This document shows, one piece after another, positions 7,565 to 17,015 of a DNA stretch of 25,613 nt. A model generated the notes under the pieces. It saw nothing but the letters and a program-made list of their open reading frames with translations. It was not told where the DNA came from and did no database searches. This DNA is from a virus (Duplodnaviria; Caudoviricetes), in the IMG/VR virus record IMGVR_UViG_3300037188_000028, positions 1 to 25,613 of that record. One strand, 5' to 3'. The stretch's first letter is position 1; every line of letters starts with the position of its first letter. The translations under genes and the position numbers were made by a program.

Positions 7565-9550
7565 ATGTCCACGATCCCGTATTCCTATAGCGTCGTGTCG
7601 ACGCCCGGCGTCGTCAGCGCGGGCGGCAGCGCGCTCAATCTCAACGGTCTGTGTCTGACCAAGAATACCCGGGTGCCGATCGGCCAGGTGCTGTCGTTTC
7701 CGACCGGAGCAGCGGTATCGTCCTTTTTCGGGCCGGCCTCGGCCGAGGCGGTGATCGCCAATGGCGGCCAGACCGCGGCGGGCAATTCCGCCGGCACCGG
7801 CTATTTTGGCGGCTACGAGGGCGCCACCGCGATCCCAGGCGCACTGCTGTTCGCCCAATACCCGGAAACCGCGGTTGCGGCCTACTTGCGCGGCGGGAAT
7901 ATCTCCGCTCTGACGCTGGCGCAACTGCAGGCGCTGTCGGGCTCGCTCACGGTCGTCATGGACGGCTACAGCCATGTGATCAGCAGCATCAACTTTGCCA
8001 GCGACAATAGCTTCTCTGCCGTAGCGACGGCAATTCAGGCAGCCTTCACCGACCCGACCGAAGCCAGCTTCACCGGCTCAGTCGGCGCCTCGTTCACCGC
8101 GACCGGCACCGGCACCAGCTTTGTCGTGACGTCCGTCACCGGCATCATTTCGCCGGGGGACACCGTCACCGGTACCGGCGTTCCCGCCGGCACCACGATC
8201 GTTTCAGGGCCGGCAGGCGGCGGCGCCGGCACCTATGTGACCAGTCAGGCCACCACCGCGTCGTCAGCATCCTGCACCTGCGCCAGCACCGTCCTGGACG
8301 TCACGGTCGATACCGATCATACCATCGCGGTGGGGCAGACGGTGGCAGGCGGCGTCACGGGATCTCCGGTCATCACCGCGCAGCTCACCGGAACCTCAGG
8401 ACAGACCGGAACCTATCGGATCAGCGGCGCGCAGCAGAACGTCGCCAGCCAGGCGATGACCGGCGTCGCAACAGCGCCGACCGTGACCTTCGATTCGGTA
8501 TCGGGCGCCTTCGTCATCACGTCGGGCGTCACCGGGGCGCCATCGACCTCGGCCTATGCCACCGGCACGCTGGCGGCTCCGCTGCTGCTCACGGCCGCCA
8601 CCGGCGCGGTATTGTCCCAAGGGGCCGCCGCGGCGACGCCGGCCACCTTCATGACATCGATCATCGCCCTCACCACGAATTGGGCCAGCTACTTCACCGC
8701 CTTCGATCCCGATGGCGGTTCCGGCAACGCCCAAAAGCTCGCCTTCGCGGCTTGGACCAATACCGTGGCGCCGCGCTATGTTTACGTGTGTTGGGATACC
8801 GACATCACGCCGACGCAAAGCCTGCCGGCGACCTCGAGCCTCGGCTATCTCATCAACACCGAATTCAATTATTCCGGGACCTGTCTCATTTACGAGCCGG
8901 TCGACCTGAACCACGCTGCGTTCATTTCCGGCGCGATTGCCGCGATCAACTTCAATGCTCCTGGCGGCCGGATTACCTTTGCCTATCGGACCCAGACCGG
9001 GCTTCAAGCCGCCGTCACCGATCAGACGGTTGCCTTCAACTTGGGCGGCCAACCGCTGGTCGAGGGCAGCTTCGGCAACGGGTATAATTTCGTCGGCGGG
9101 TTCGCCGAGGCCGACGACAGTTCGGTCGATTTCCAGCGCGGCACGATATCGGGGCCGTACGACTGGCTGAATTCCTACGTGAACCAAATTTGGCTGAACA
9201 ACCAGTTCGTGGTGCAGGGCCGCGCCTACATGAAGTCGGTCAATTCGTTTTCCTACACGCCGGCCGGCTATTCCAACTTCGCGGTCGCCATGCAGACCAC
9301 CATTCAGGCCGGTCTCACCTTTGGTGCCTATGCGCCGGGCGTCGATCTCTCATCCTCTGAAACCCTGCAAGTGAACAACTTGGCGGGAAAAAACATCGCC
9401 AGCACGCTCGAAACGCAGGGTTGGTATTTCCAGTGTCTCGACCCCGGCGCCGCGGCGCGGGCCTCCCGGGGCTCGCCGATCATCAAGTTTTTCTACTGCG
9501 ATGAAGGCGACGTGCAGGCGCTGAACATCGGCAGCGTTGCCGCTCAATAA
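7565..9550 (+). CDS. Tail sheath protein (DUF3383 family)
   Basis: PGVVSAGG, FFGPASAEA, AAYLRGG, TTNWASY, WLNSYVNQIWLN, GWY, RGSP..FFYCDEG motifs; 661 aa; precedes tube gene. Confidence 0.92.
   Translation: MSTIPYSYSVVSTPGVVSAGGSALNLNGLCLTKNTRVPIGQVLSFPTGAAVSSFFGPASAEAVIANGGQTAAGNSAGTGYFGGYEGATAIPGALLFAQYPETAVAAYLRGGNISALTLAQLQALSGSLTVVMDGYSHVISSINFASDNSFSAVATAIQAAFTDPTEASFTGSVGASFTATGTGTSFVVTSVTGIISPGDTVTGTGVPAGTTIVSGPAGGGAGTYVTSQATTASSASCTCASTVLDVTVDTDHTIAVGQTVAGGVTGSPVITAQLTGTSGQTGTYRISGAQQNVASQAMTGVATAPTVTFDSVSGAFVITSGVTGAPSTSAYATGTLAAPLLLTAATGAVLSQGAAAATPATFMTSIIALTTNWASYFTAFDPDGGSGNAQKLAFAAWTNTVAPRYVYVCWDTDITPTQSLPATSSLGYLINTEFNYSGTCLIYEPVDLNHAAFISGAIAAINFNAPGGRITFAYRTQTGLQAAVTDQTVAFNLGGQPLVEGSFGNGYNFVGGFAEADDSSVDFQRGTISGPYDWLNSYVNQIWLNNQFVVQGRAYMKSVNSFSYTPAGYSNFAVAMQTTIQAGLTFGAYAPGVDLSSSETLQVNNLAGKNIASTLETQGWYFQCLDPGAAARASRGSPIIKFFYCDEGDVQALNIGSVAAQ
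8063..8464 (+). repeat. Copies 2 and 3 of the beta module in the sheath (one nested in the other)
   Basis: ASFTGSVG[ASFTATGTG...GGGAGTYVTSQ...CTCA]STVLDVT...GQTGTYRISG...VASQAMTG. Confidence 0.75.
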
Positions 9551-9585
9551 GTCCCATTCATTCTCTGTCGTAAGGAAAACCGATC

Positions 9586-10011
9586 ATGTCGATTACGGCA
9601 GCTGGTGCCATCATCCAACTCGCGTTTACGGTCATCTTCCCGACTCCGCAGCAGATCCAGGGCTTCGCGGAAGGCGATGTTTTCGACGCCACCAGCATCA
9701 AGCTCTCCGAGGTGCAGATGGGCGTCGACGGCCAGCAGAGCGCCGGCTTTGTGTGGACGTCCCGCCCGATCACCTTCCACTTGTTGGCAGACTCGGAGTC
9801 GAACCTCGTGTTTGACGAGGTGGCCGACCAGATGCAGGCAAACCAGACAGTCTATCCCGCCAGCGGCGAAATTACGCTCGATACCGGCGAGAAATGGACG
9901 ATGATCAACGGCGCCTTCACCGATTACATGTGGGTGCCTCCCGCCAAGAAGCTGCTGATGCCGCGCGCCCACACCATCACGTTCCAAAAAGTCATCAAGT
10001 CGGCGGCGTAA
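9586..10011 (+). CDS. Tail tube protein (DUF3277-like)
   Basis: AAGGA RBS; QIQGFA, MGVDGQQSAGFV, LLADSES motifs; 141 aa after sheath. Confidence 0.85.
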   Translation: MSITAAGAIIQLAFTVIFPTPQQIQGFAEGDVFDATSIKLSEVQMGVDGQQSAGFVWTSRPITFHLLADSESNLVFDEVADQMQANQTVYPASGEITLDTGEKWTMINGAFTDYMWVPPAKKLLMPRAHTITFQKVIKSAA

Positions 10012-10014
10012 CCC

Positions 10015-10458
10015 ATGCCCCGCAAGGTTGTCACCGTCACCATTACCGACGAAGGCCGCGATTTCGGCAAAGTTTACCAGCTCACCGAAGCGCCGGCGAT
10101 CCAGACCGACAAATGGGGCATCCGCGCCATGCTGGCGCTGAACCGGAACGGCGCGCAAATCCCTGACGAGATTATGAAGCTCGGCCTGATCGGCGTGCTT
10201 GTGGTCGGGGTGCACAAGCTGCGCGGCGTGCTTTGGGAAGACCTCGAGCCGCTGCTTGACGAGATGATGTCCTGCGTCAAGATCGTGCCGACGCCCGACA
10301 AGCCGAACGTGGTACGGGCGCTATTTGCCGGCGACATCGAGGAAGTCTCGACATTGTCGACGCTCCGCAAGGAGGTGTTCAGCCTGCACGCGGGTTTTAT
10401 TCCGCCCGCCGTCCCGTCGAAATCCCCCGACGCGGCGGCGGGCAGCGCCGCGACCTGA
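10015..10458 (+). CDS. Tail assembly chaperone (gpG-like)
   Basis: Between tube and tape measure; GRDFGKVYQLTE, DIEEVSTL..LRKEVF.LH motifs; slippery site near the 3' end. Confidence 0.85.
   Translation: MPRKVVTVTITDEGRDFGKVYQLTEAPAIQTDKWGIRAMLALNRNGAQIPDEIMKLGLIGVLVVGVHKLRGVLWEDLEPLLDEMMSCVKIVPTPDKPNVVRALFAGDIEEVSTLSTLRKEVFSLHAGFIPPAVPSKSPDAAAGSAAT
10392..10398 (+). promoter_or_regulatory. Programmed -1 ribosomal frameshift slippery site G GGT TTT
   Basis: X XXY YYZ heptamer in the correct phase of the chaperone ORF; -1 frame is open to 10613. Confidence 0.8.
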
Positions 10459-10613
10459 TCGAATATCCCAACATTTCACCGGCCATCGGCGCGGTGATCT
10501 CAAGCCGCATGGCGACCATGACCGACCTGTCGACCGTGCTGTCGCTTGAGGACGTCTATCTGTTGCTCGATATCGCGGCGGTGGATGCGTATAATTCGAG
10601 GCCGCGCAAATGA
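10398..10613 (+). CDS. Frameshift extension (gpT-like) of the tail assembly chaperone; fusion about 199 aa
   Basis: -1 frame reads YSARRPV...LIEYPNISPAIGAVISSRMATMTDLSTVLSLEDVYLLLDIAAVDAYNSRPRK*; stop overlaps the tape-measure ATG (ATGA). Confidence 0.78.
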   Translation, partial: YSARRPVEIPRRGGGQRRDLIEYPNISPAIGAVISSRMATMTDLSTVLSLEDVYLLLDIAAVDAYNSRPRK

Positions 10614-12223
10614 CCGTCGACGAATTGGTGGTCGAACTGAAGTTGGATCCTTCCAACTTCACCAAGGGTCAGCGTGAGGCTCTCGACTCGTTCAAAAAAA
10701 CCGACGACGAGATGCAGAAGCGCCTCAAGGGGATTGAGGCAACCAACAAAAACGTCGGTTATTCGTTCGGGGATACCGCTCACGCTGCGGAAGGACTGTT
10801 CACGGCACTCGCCGGCGCGGGTATGGCGAAGTTCGCGGTCGATACCGTCAATTCGGTTTCCGCCACCGGCCGCATGGCGACCAATATCGGCGTCACCAGC
10901 TCGGAACTGCAAGCGCTCGGCAAGGTCATCGAGCGCAACGGTGGCAGCGCCGACAGCGCCAACGCCTCACTCAAAGGCTACGCTGACACTATCCAGAACT
11001 GGAAGATGGGAAAAGGTTCCCCGGACTTCCTGATGGGTCTCACCCAGATAGGCGGCGCCGACCTCAACGCCAGTCCGATGGAGATCATCGAGAAACTCGC
11101 GAAGTTTGCGGAAACCCACAACGCTCAAGAGGTCAACCAGACCGGCGCACGGCTGGGGATGTCGCAGGACATCATCAATTCGGTCCTCGGTGGGACCGCG
11201 AAATTCAACCGGGAATACGCGGAATCATTGAAGCTGGTTTCCAGTCCGGAACAGATGCGGAGGCTCACCGAAGCGCAGGACGCTTGGGCGCGGATCGGAC
11301 AGACGTTTCGTGCCGTCGGCAATGACATTGTCTCCGATGTCGCACCAGCATTTTCGTGGTTCGACAAACTAACCTTCAGCTTCGTCACCGGGAACCGCAA
11401 GCTTGCCGATTCTCTCGGCATCATACTGGCCTCACTCACGGCGCTTAGCGCATTCAAGCCGGCTGCATGGCTGCTGAAGCTGCTTGGCCTCGGAGGAGCC
11501 TCGCGTGCCGCGGGCGCCGTGGCATCATTGCCCGGGCGAGTTATCAAAGGCGGCGGCATAGGCGGAGCCGCGCTCGGCGTCGCCGAGACCATGAAATATG
11601 ATAGCCAGCACGGCAACCAGTTGCGCACATGGCTGCGCACCCAATTGGGCATCGAGGATCCCGGTGAGGCCGCTCCATGGGCCGGCGCGCTTCCGAATGG
11701 TAGCGAATCGTCGTCCGATGCGCCGGCGCCTTCGTCGGGGGGGCGCGACTCTGCCGAAGTTCGCGAAGCTCGAATTAGGGCGCTTGCGAAGACGCTTGGT
11801 ATAGATCCTGACAAGGCGATGGCGGTCGCGCGAAGCGAGGGCTTTAACAATTTCTCCGGGGACAACCGCACCTCATTCAGCGATTTCCAGCTTCACGTCA
11901 CGCCCGGCGGACGGGGCCATGCTGTCGGTGATCAATTCAGGGAACAGACCGGTCTCGATCCGAGCGATCCCAGGAACGAAGCCAGAGCCGATGCATTTGC
12001 CCTGCAGTGGGCTCAGAAACACGGCTGGGGCGATTTCCACGGCGCGGCTAACGGCGCGCATCTCGGCAAGTGGGACGGCATCCACATCGATTCGCTGGAA
12101 GTCACGGTCAATACCGATTCGAAAAATCCGCGCGATCACGGCCGGCTCACCGCAGACGCCTTACGCAATTCCTTCGCCAAGCAGATCGCCGACAACGCCA
12201 ACAGCGGACAGACCCGGCAATGA
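10610..12223 (+). CDS. Tape measure protein with putative C-terminal lysozyme-like domain
   Basis: VDELVVELKLD N-terminus, helical Ala/Gly-rich body, hydrophobic segment, C-terminal GIDPDKAMAVARSEG...DFQL; synteny. Confidence 0.85.
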   Translation: MTVDELVVELKLDPSNFTKGQREALDSFKKTDDEMQKRLKGIEATNKNVGYSFGDTAHAAEGLFTALAGAGMAKFAVDTVNSVSATGRMATNIGVTSSELQALGKVIERNGGSADSANASLKGYADTIQNWKMGKGSPDFLMGLTQIGGADLNASPMEIIEKLAKFAETHNAQEVNQTGARLGMSQDIINSVLGGTAKFNREYAESLKLVSSPEQMRRLTEAQDAWARIGQTFRAVGNDIVSDVAPAFSWFDKLTFSFVTGNRKLADSLGIILASLTALSAFKPAAWLLKLLGLGGASRAAGAVASLPGRVIKGGGIGGAALGVAETMKYDSQHGNQLRTWLRTQLGIEDPGEAAPWAGALPNGSESSSDAPAPSSGGRDSAEVREARIRALAKTLGIDPDKAMAVARSEGFNNFSGDNRTSFSDFQLHVTPGGRGHAVGDQFREQTGLDPSDPRNEARADAFALQWAQKHGWGDFHGAANGAHLGKWDGIHIDSLEVTVNTDSKNPRDHGRLTADALRNSFAKQIADNANSGQTRQ

Positions 12224-12807
12224 CGAGCGCATCAGGCCTGCCGGCGCTGCCTGCCGGCGTCAACGTGTTTTCCGGCGCCGTTCTATTGGTCGCGGACGCG
12301 ATATCGATCGCGCCGACCAGCGTCTCCCAATGGGGGATTTTTCTAGACGGCGAGGCTGTCGTCGTCGCCGACAATGTCACCGCATTCTCTTTCAAGAAAA
12401 GCTCGCGGATTTCCAAATATCCGCAGGAACAAGGCGCTTTCGCAAGTTACAATAAAGTCGCCGTTCCGTTCGAGCCAAAGATCAAGTTCTCGACCGGCGG
12501 GTCGATCGAGGACAAGGCGAACTTCATCGCATCGGTAGATGCAATTTCGGGCGACCTCAACCTCTACACTGTCGTCACGCCTGAGGTCAGTTACGCCAGC
12601 TGCAACGTGGTCGATTACGACTACGACCGCAACCACGGCAACGCCGGGCTTTTGGAGATCGACGTGTGGCTTGAACAAGTCGTCATTGCCGGCACGTCGA
12701 CCTTCAGCAACACGGCATCGCCGACCGATGCGACGCAACAGCAAGGCGGCATCGTGCAGCCCGGAAGTGCCGCGATGTTCCAGAACGATTTCGGGGCGTT
12801 CCAGTAG
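12220..12807 (+). CDS. Baseplate / tube-initiator (Dit-like) protein
   Basis: ATGA overlap with TMP stop; QWGIF, ISKYPQEQGAFASYNKV, LYTVVTPE motifs. Confidence 0.75.
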   Translation: MTSASGLPALPAGVNVFSGAVLLVADAISIAPTSVSQWGIFLDGEAVVVADNVTAFSFKKSSRISKYPQEQGAFASYNKVAVPFEPKIKFSTGGSIEDKANFIASVDAISGDLNLYTVVTPEVSYASCNVVDYDYDRNHGNAGLLEIDVWLEQVVIAGTSTFSNTASPTDATQQQGGIVQPGSAAMFQNDFGAFQ

Positions 12808-12816
12808 GACAACGCG

Positions 12817-13131
12817 ATGCAAACCGTCCCGCTGCAGGCCGTCCCGAACCAGACGCTGCAAATCGTTCTCGCGAATCAATCGTGCGTCCTGAGTATCTAT
12901 CAGGCACCAGCCGCGCTGTTCATGGATGTGTACGTCAACGACGTGCCGATTGTCCTTGGCGTCATTTGCCAAAATCTCAACCGGATCGTGCGCAGCCTTT
13001 ATCTCGGCTTCGTCGGTGACTTCGTTTATCTCGACACTCAGGGAACGAGTGATCCGAATTACAGCGGGCTCGGCGCGCGGTTTCAGCTGATCTACCTGGC
13101 GGCTTCTGATTTGCCGTCTGGCGAAGGCTAA
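12817..13131 (+). CDS. Small baseplate (plug-like) protein
   Basis: AGGA RBS; VPLQAVPNQ, DTQG..DP.YSGLG.RFQLIY motifs; synteny. Confidence 0.75.
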   Translation: MQTVPLQAVPNQTLQIVLANQSCVLSIYQAPAALFMDVYVNDVPIVLGVICQNLNRIVRSLYLGFVGDFVYLDTQGTSDPNYSGLGARFQLIYLAASDLPSGEG

Positions 13132-13136
13132 CGACG

Positions 13137-14012
13137 ATGGCATTCGTCCAGCGCGCGCTCGGCTTCACGTTTCAGACCGGCACCGGCTCATTCGGGGCGA
13201 GCGGCTTCAACACCATCCAGGTCCCGGACGGATTGTGGGCAACGGCCAAAATCAACAAGCAGGGTTCCCCGGCCTATAACGAGGCCGATATCCGGATTTT
13301 CGGGCTGTCGCAAAGCATCATGAACCAGATGTCGCGGATCGGGCTGCAACCGGCTGCCTACCGCAACAACATCGTCACGGTGACGGCAGGCGAACTTGGT
13401 GGAAGCATGCCGACAGTCTTCGTCGGCGGCATCGAAGATGCGTGGCCGGATTTTTCCAACCCGACCGAGGTCGCATTCTGCATCAAGGCCAATACCGGAA
13501 GGCTGGCGGCGATGAAACCGGCGACGCCAACGAGCTATTCCGGCAGCACCAGCGTCGTCAGCATCATGCAAAATCTGGCGGGGCAAATGGGGTACACGCT
13601 GGAAAACAATGGCGTCACCGGTCAGTTGCCGAGTCCATATTTTTCTGGGGCTCTGCGCGCGCAGGCGCTGTCCGCCGCGGAACAGGCCGGCATTTACGTC
13701 TACTTCGAGGACGACAACGGCGTCATGGCGATTGTGCCCAAGAGCGCGTCCCGCAACACGACCGCGCCGACAATCTCCCCCGCCGAAGGCATGGACGGCT
13801 ATCCCGCCTACGTCGGCCCGGGCAGTATCGCGCTGAAGACTGAATATAACGATCAGATCAGAGTGCTCGGAAACGTCAACGTTCAAAACTCGATTGTTGG
13901 CAATGCCAACGGCAGCTGGCGCGTGATGCAATTGCTGCACGATCTTTCGACCATGCCCGATGGGCCGTGGTTCACCGAAATTCCGCTCGCCACCAACGTG
14001 CTGCAGAACTGA
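13137..14012 (+). CDS. Baseplate hub protein
   Basis: IRIFGLS, LAGQMGYTLENNGV, GMDGYP motifs; located before spike gene. Confidence 0.75.
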   Translation: MAFVQRALGFTFQTGTGSFGASGFNTIQVPDGLWATAKINKQGSPAYNEADIRIFGLSQSIMNQMSRIGLQPAAYRNNIVTVTAGELGGSMPTVFVGGIEDAWPDFSNPTEVAFCIKANTGRLAAMKPATPTSYSGSTSVVSIMQNLAGQMGYTLENNGVTGQLPSPYFSGALRAQALSAAEQAGIYVYFEDDNGVMAIVPKSASRNTTAPTISPAEGMDGYPAYVGPGSIALKTEYNDQIRVLGNVNVQNSIVGNANGSWRVMQLLHDLSTMPDGPWFTEIPLATNVLQN

Positions 14013-14014
14013 CC

Positions 14015-14668
14015 ATGGGAGTTCAATCCGACGGCTATATGGGGCAAGCCGACCCCATGACGCGGACGCACATCTTCAACGCGCTGGCGTTTTTGGTGAA
14101 GCAGGTCATGGCCGGCAACTGGACGATCACGCTCGGCCAGGTCAAAAGCGTGTCGGGCGGCGGGACCGGCGGAATGCCTGCGATTGTCGGCGTCCAGCCG
14201 ATGGTCAACGAGATCGACGGCTACGGCAACCCGACGCCGCACGGCATCATCAACAACGTTCCCGCGTTTCGTCTGCAGGGCGGCGCCAGCGCATTCATCA
14301 TCGACCCCGTCGTCGGCGATATCGGAATTCTCGCCTGCGCCAGCAGCGACATTTCCGCGGTCAAGAACAACCAGGCGCCGAGCAATCCGGGATCGTTTCG
14401 CACCTTTGATCCCGCCGACGGCATGTTCATCGGCGGCTTCCTCAATGCCGCGCCGACGCAATACGTCCAGATCACGGCGGACGGTATCAACATCGTCTTT
14501 CCGGGCGGGATCAGCATCAAGCTTTCCTCGATCGGCATCACGCTCGCCGTCGGCGCGCACAGCATCGTCATTTCGTCATCGGGCATCACGCTGGATGGCC
14601 TCGCATGGGACGCCCACACCCATGCCGTGACGACGGCGCCGGGCGAGACCGGACCTCCGGTCGCTTAA
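14015..14668 (+). CDS. Baseplate central spike (gpV/Gp138-like)
   Basis: N-terminal OB-fold pattern (VQPMVN, NVP.FRLQGG..A.IIDPVVGDIG), beta-helix repeats, C-terminal HTH (HxH) metal-binding motif; ATG 14015 avoids overlap. Confidence 0.88.
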   Translation: MGVQSDGYMGQADPMTRTHIFNALAFLVKQVMAGNWTITLGQVKSVSGGGTGGMPAIVGVQPMVNEIDGYGNPTPHGIINNVPAFRLQGGASAFIIDPVVGDIGILACASSDISAVKNNQAPSNPGSFRTFDPADGMFIGGFLNAAPTQYVQITADGINIVFPGGISIKLSSIGITLAVGAHSIVISSSGITLDGLAWDAHTHAVTTAPGETGPPVA

Positions 14669-14698
14669 AACTTCACGATCAAATCCCGAAGGCGCGCG

Positions 14699-15055
14699 AT
14701 GGCAGGCAATTCAACGCTGCTGTTGGATGCCGCCGGCTGGGATTGGACCGTCGACGCCTCCGGCAATATCGCAGTGGCCGGGGCACCCTACTCGCAGGCG
14801 CAGGACGCGGCTTCCGCAATCCGCACGTTTCTCGGCGAAGTCTATTACGACACCACGCTGGGCGTGCCCTACGCGAACATTCTGGGCAAGCCGCCGAATA
14901 TCCCGCTGCTGAAGTCCTACATGGTCGCGGCCGCGCTGACCGTGCCCGGCGTGGTCTCCGCGGTGTGCTTCATCACGGCCATCACTGACCTCAGCGTTTC
15001 CGGCCAGGTCCAGATCACCAACAGCAACGGCCAGACGGCAGCGGCGGCATTCTGA
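14699..15055 (+). CDS. Baseplate wedge / sheath initiator (gp25-like)
   Basis: [32 protein letters not shown] motifs. Confidence 0.82.
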   Translation: MAGNSTLLLDAAGWDWTVDASGNIAVAGAPYSQAQDAASAIRTFLGEVYYDTTLGVPYANILGKPPNIPLLKSYMVAAALTVPGVVSAVCFITAITDLSVSGQVQITNSNGQTAAAAF

Positions 15056-16923
15056 TGACAGCTGTTCCGCAGGTGAGCTTCGGAGCCAATGGCTTCTCGG
15101 GGCCATCGACCACGCAAGTCCTGACCGGCGTCATCGCCGACATCCAGGCCGCGTTCAACAATACGCTTAATCTATCGGTCACTGATCTCGATTCGCTGAA
15201 GACCTCGCAAGGTCAGCTGGCGACGAATATGACGGGATCGATCGTCAACGCCAACAATACGTTTTTGGTGCAAACGACGCAGACCGATCCAGCCTATGCC
15301 TTCGGCCGCTGGCAGGACGCGATCGGACGCATTTACTTCCTCGAGCGACTGCCGTCGGAGCCGACCGCACTGCAGATCGCCTGCAACGGCGCGCAGAACG
15401 TTCCGATCCCGGTCAACGCGACCATCAAAGATAATTCCGGCAATATTTATCAATGCGTCCAGGCCGGCACGATCGCGGCCGCGGGCACCATCACGCTGGC
15501 TTTTGCCTGCACCGTCCCGGGTCAGACGCCCGTTCCGCAGATCGTCGAGCCCTATCAAACGATACCAGGGTGGGACAGCGCCACGGTCGCCTCCGGCGTC
15601 GTCGGCAAGAATGTCGAAAGCCGCGCGGCGTTTGAGACCCGCCGGCAGGACAGCGTCGCCGGCAACAGCTTCGGGCCAATCGGCGCCATCATCGGCGCCG
15701 TGGCCAAAGTGCCGGGCGTGCTGGATTATTACGGCTTCAACAACAACACGTCGGGCAGCGTTACCGTCAACGGCGTCACGATCGCGGCCTACTCAATTTA
15801 TATTTGCGTGTCCGGCGGAGCTCCGTCGGCGGTAGCGCAGGCGATCCTGACGAAGAAGGGCGCCGGCGCGCCGATGACCGGCAACACCACGGTCACCGCC
15901 TACGATTCCAACCCGCTCTATGTCGCGCCGGTCCCCTACACGATCATCTACGAAATCCCGACCGCACTGCAGCTGCTGTTCAAGGTTGTCATCGCGTCGG
16001 GGCCGCTGGTGCCCTCGAATGCGGCGTCACAGGTCCAGAGCGCGCTATTGGCCGCGTTCACCGGCAACGCGCTGTCGGCCAGCTTTACCGGATCCATTGC
16101 CGGCACCACGCTGACCGTCACCGCCGTGGCGTCAGGCACGCTCGCCATTGGGCAGATCGTTTCCGACCTCACAGGGAGCGTCACGGCCAATACCACGATC
16201 ACGGGGCTCGGCACGGGCTCTGGAGGCACAGGAACCTACGCGGTCGGCACCTCGCAAACCGTGGCCAGCGAGGCCATGACCTCGGAAGCGGCACCTACCG
16301 CGACCGCAGTGCCAAAGGCCCGTATCAATTCCACGATCTACGGTATCCAGTACGTGCCCTCGATCGCCGCACTCGGCCCCTGGGCCGCGGTGGTCTCGAT
16401 CGGCATCGGATCGGCCAATACGCCGGATGCTGTCGTGGTCGGCTACATCGCCGGCAACACGCTCACGGTCACGTCGGTCACGTCAGGCGCGCTGGTGGTC
16501 GGCGACGTCCTGTTCGATGCTTCAGGGCTGATCCCGACCGGTACCTACATCACCGTGTTCGGCTCGGGATCGGGCGGGACCGGTACCTACACCATTAACA
16601 ACCCGGTCACGGCGGGGGCTGCCTTCACCGGAAGCGGGTCCGGCACCAATCTCACGGCGTCCGCGGTCACCGGTACCATTGCCGCAGGCAACATCATCGC
16701 CGGCACTGGCGTGCCCGGCGGCACCACAATCCTCTCGCAGACCTCAGGCACGCCCGGCGGCGCCGGCATCTACGTGACCAGCAATTCGACGACATCTTCT
16801 GGAGCGTCGCTGACGGCCAACGAGAGCATCACGGCGGCGTCGGCCGATCAAACGCTAGTCCAGGTCAACGCCAACCAGGAGCCGCAACTTAGCGCCGCCA
16901 ATATTCTGGTGAGCACCACGTAA
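15055..16923 (+). CDS. Baseplate J-like wedge protein with three inserted beta modules
   Basis: [53 protein letters not shown] motifs; 622 aa. Confidence 0.9.
   Translation: MTAVPQVSFGANGFSGPSTTQVLTGVIADIQAAFNNTLNLSVTDLDSLKTSQGQLATNMTGSIVNANNTFLVQTTQTDPAYAFGRWQDAIGRIYFLERLPSEPTALQIACNGAQNVPIPVNATIKDNSGNIYQCVQAGTIAAAGTITLAFACTVPGQTPVPQIVEPYQTIPGWDSATVASGVVGKNVESRAAFETRRQDSVAGNSFGPIGAIIGAVAKVPGVLDYYGFNNNTSGSVTVNGVTIAAYSIYICVSGGAPSAVAQAILTKKGAGAPMTGNTTVTAYDSNPLYVAPVPYTIIYEIPTALQLLFKVVIASGPLVPSNAASQVQSALLAAFTGNALSASFTGSIAGTTLTVTAVASGTLAIGQIVSDLTGSVTANTTITGLGTGSGGTGTYAVGTSQTVASEAMTSEAAPTATAVPKARINSTIYGIQYVPSIAALGPWAAVVSIGIGSANTPDAVVVGYIAGNTLTVTSVTSGALVVGDVLFDASGLIPTGTYITVFGSGSGGTGTYTINNPVTAGAAFTGSGSGTNLTASAVTGTIAAGNIIAGTGVPGGTTILSQTSGTPGGAGIYVTSNSTTSSGASLTANESITAASADQTLVQVNANQEPQLSAANILVSTT
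16078..16281 (+). repeat. Copy 4 of the beta module (baseplate J)
   Basis: [20 protein letters not shown]...[22 protein letters not shown]. Confidence 0.8.
16429..16833 (+). repeat. Copies 5 and 6 of the beta module (baseplate J, tandem/nested)
   Basis: [15 protein letters not shown]...[17 protein letters not shown][AAFTGSGSG...[10 protein letters not shown]...SLT]ANESIT. Confidence 0.75.
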
Positions 16924-16954
16924 GGACTTTTTCTGATAGTTCGGATATGATGCA

Positions 16955-16988
16955 AGGCCGCCAACTCCCGGCAAGGAGTCGACGGCCT
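16955..16988 (-). other. 14-bp hairpin in the endonuclease leader, fully paired only on the - strand
   Basis: - strand AGGCCGTCGACTCC-TTGCCG-GGAGTTGGCGGCCT with two G-U pairs; on + these are C-A mismatches. Confidence 0.55.
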
Positions 16989-17015
16989 CTAACCAAAATC
17001 CGAAGGAACCGGACC

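Noticed and set aside
10325-10549. 74-aa ORF as the frameshift partner of the chaperone
   Set aside because: It is in the +1 frame and lacks protein-like composition; the -1 frame gives the plausible extension
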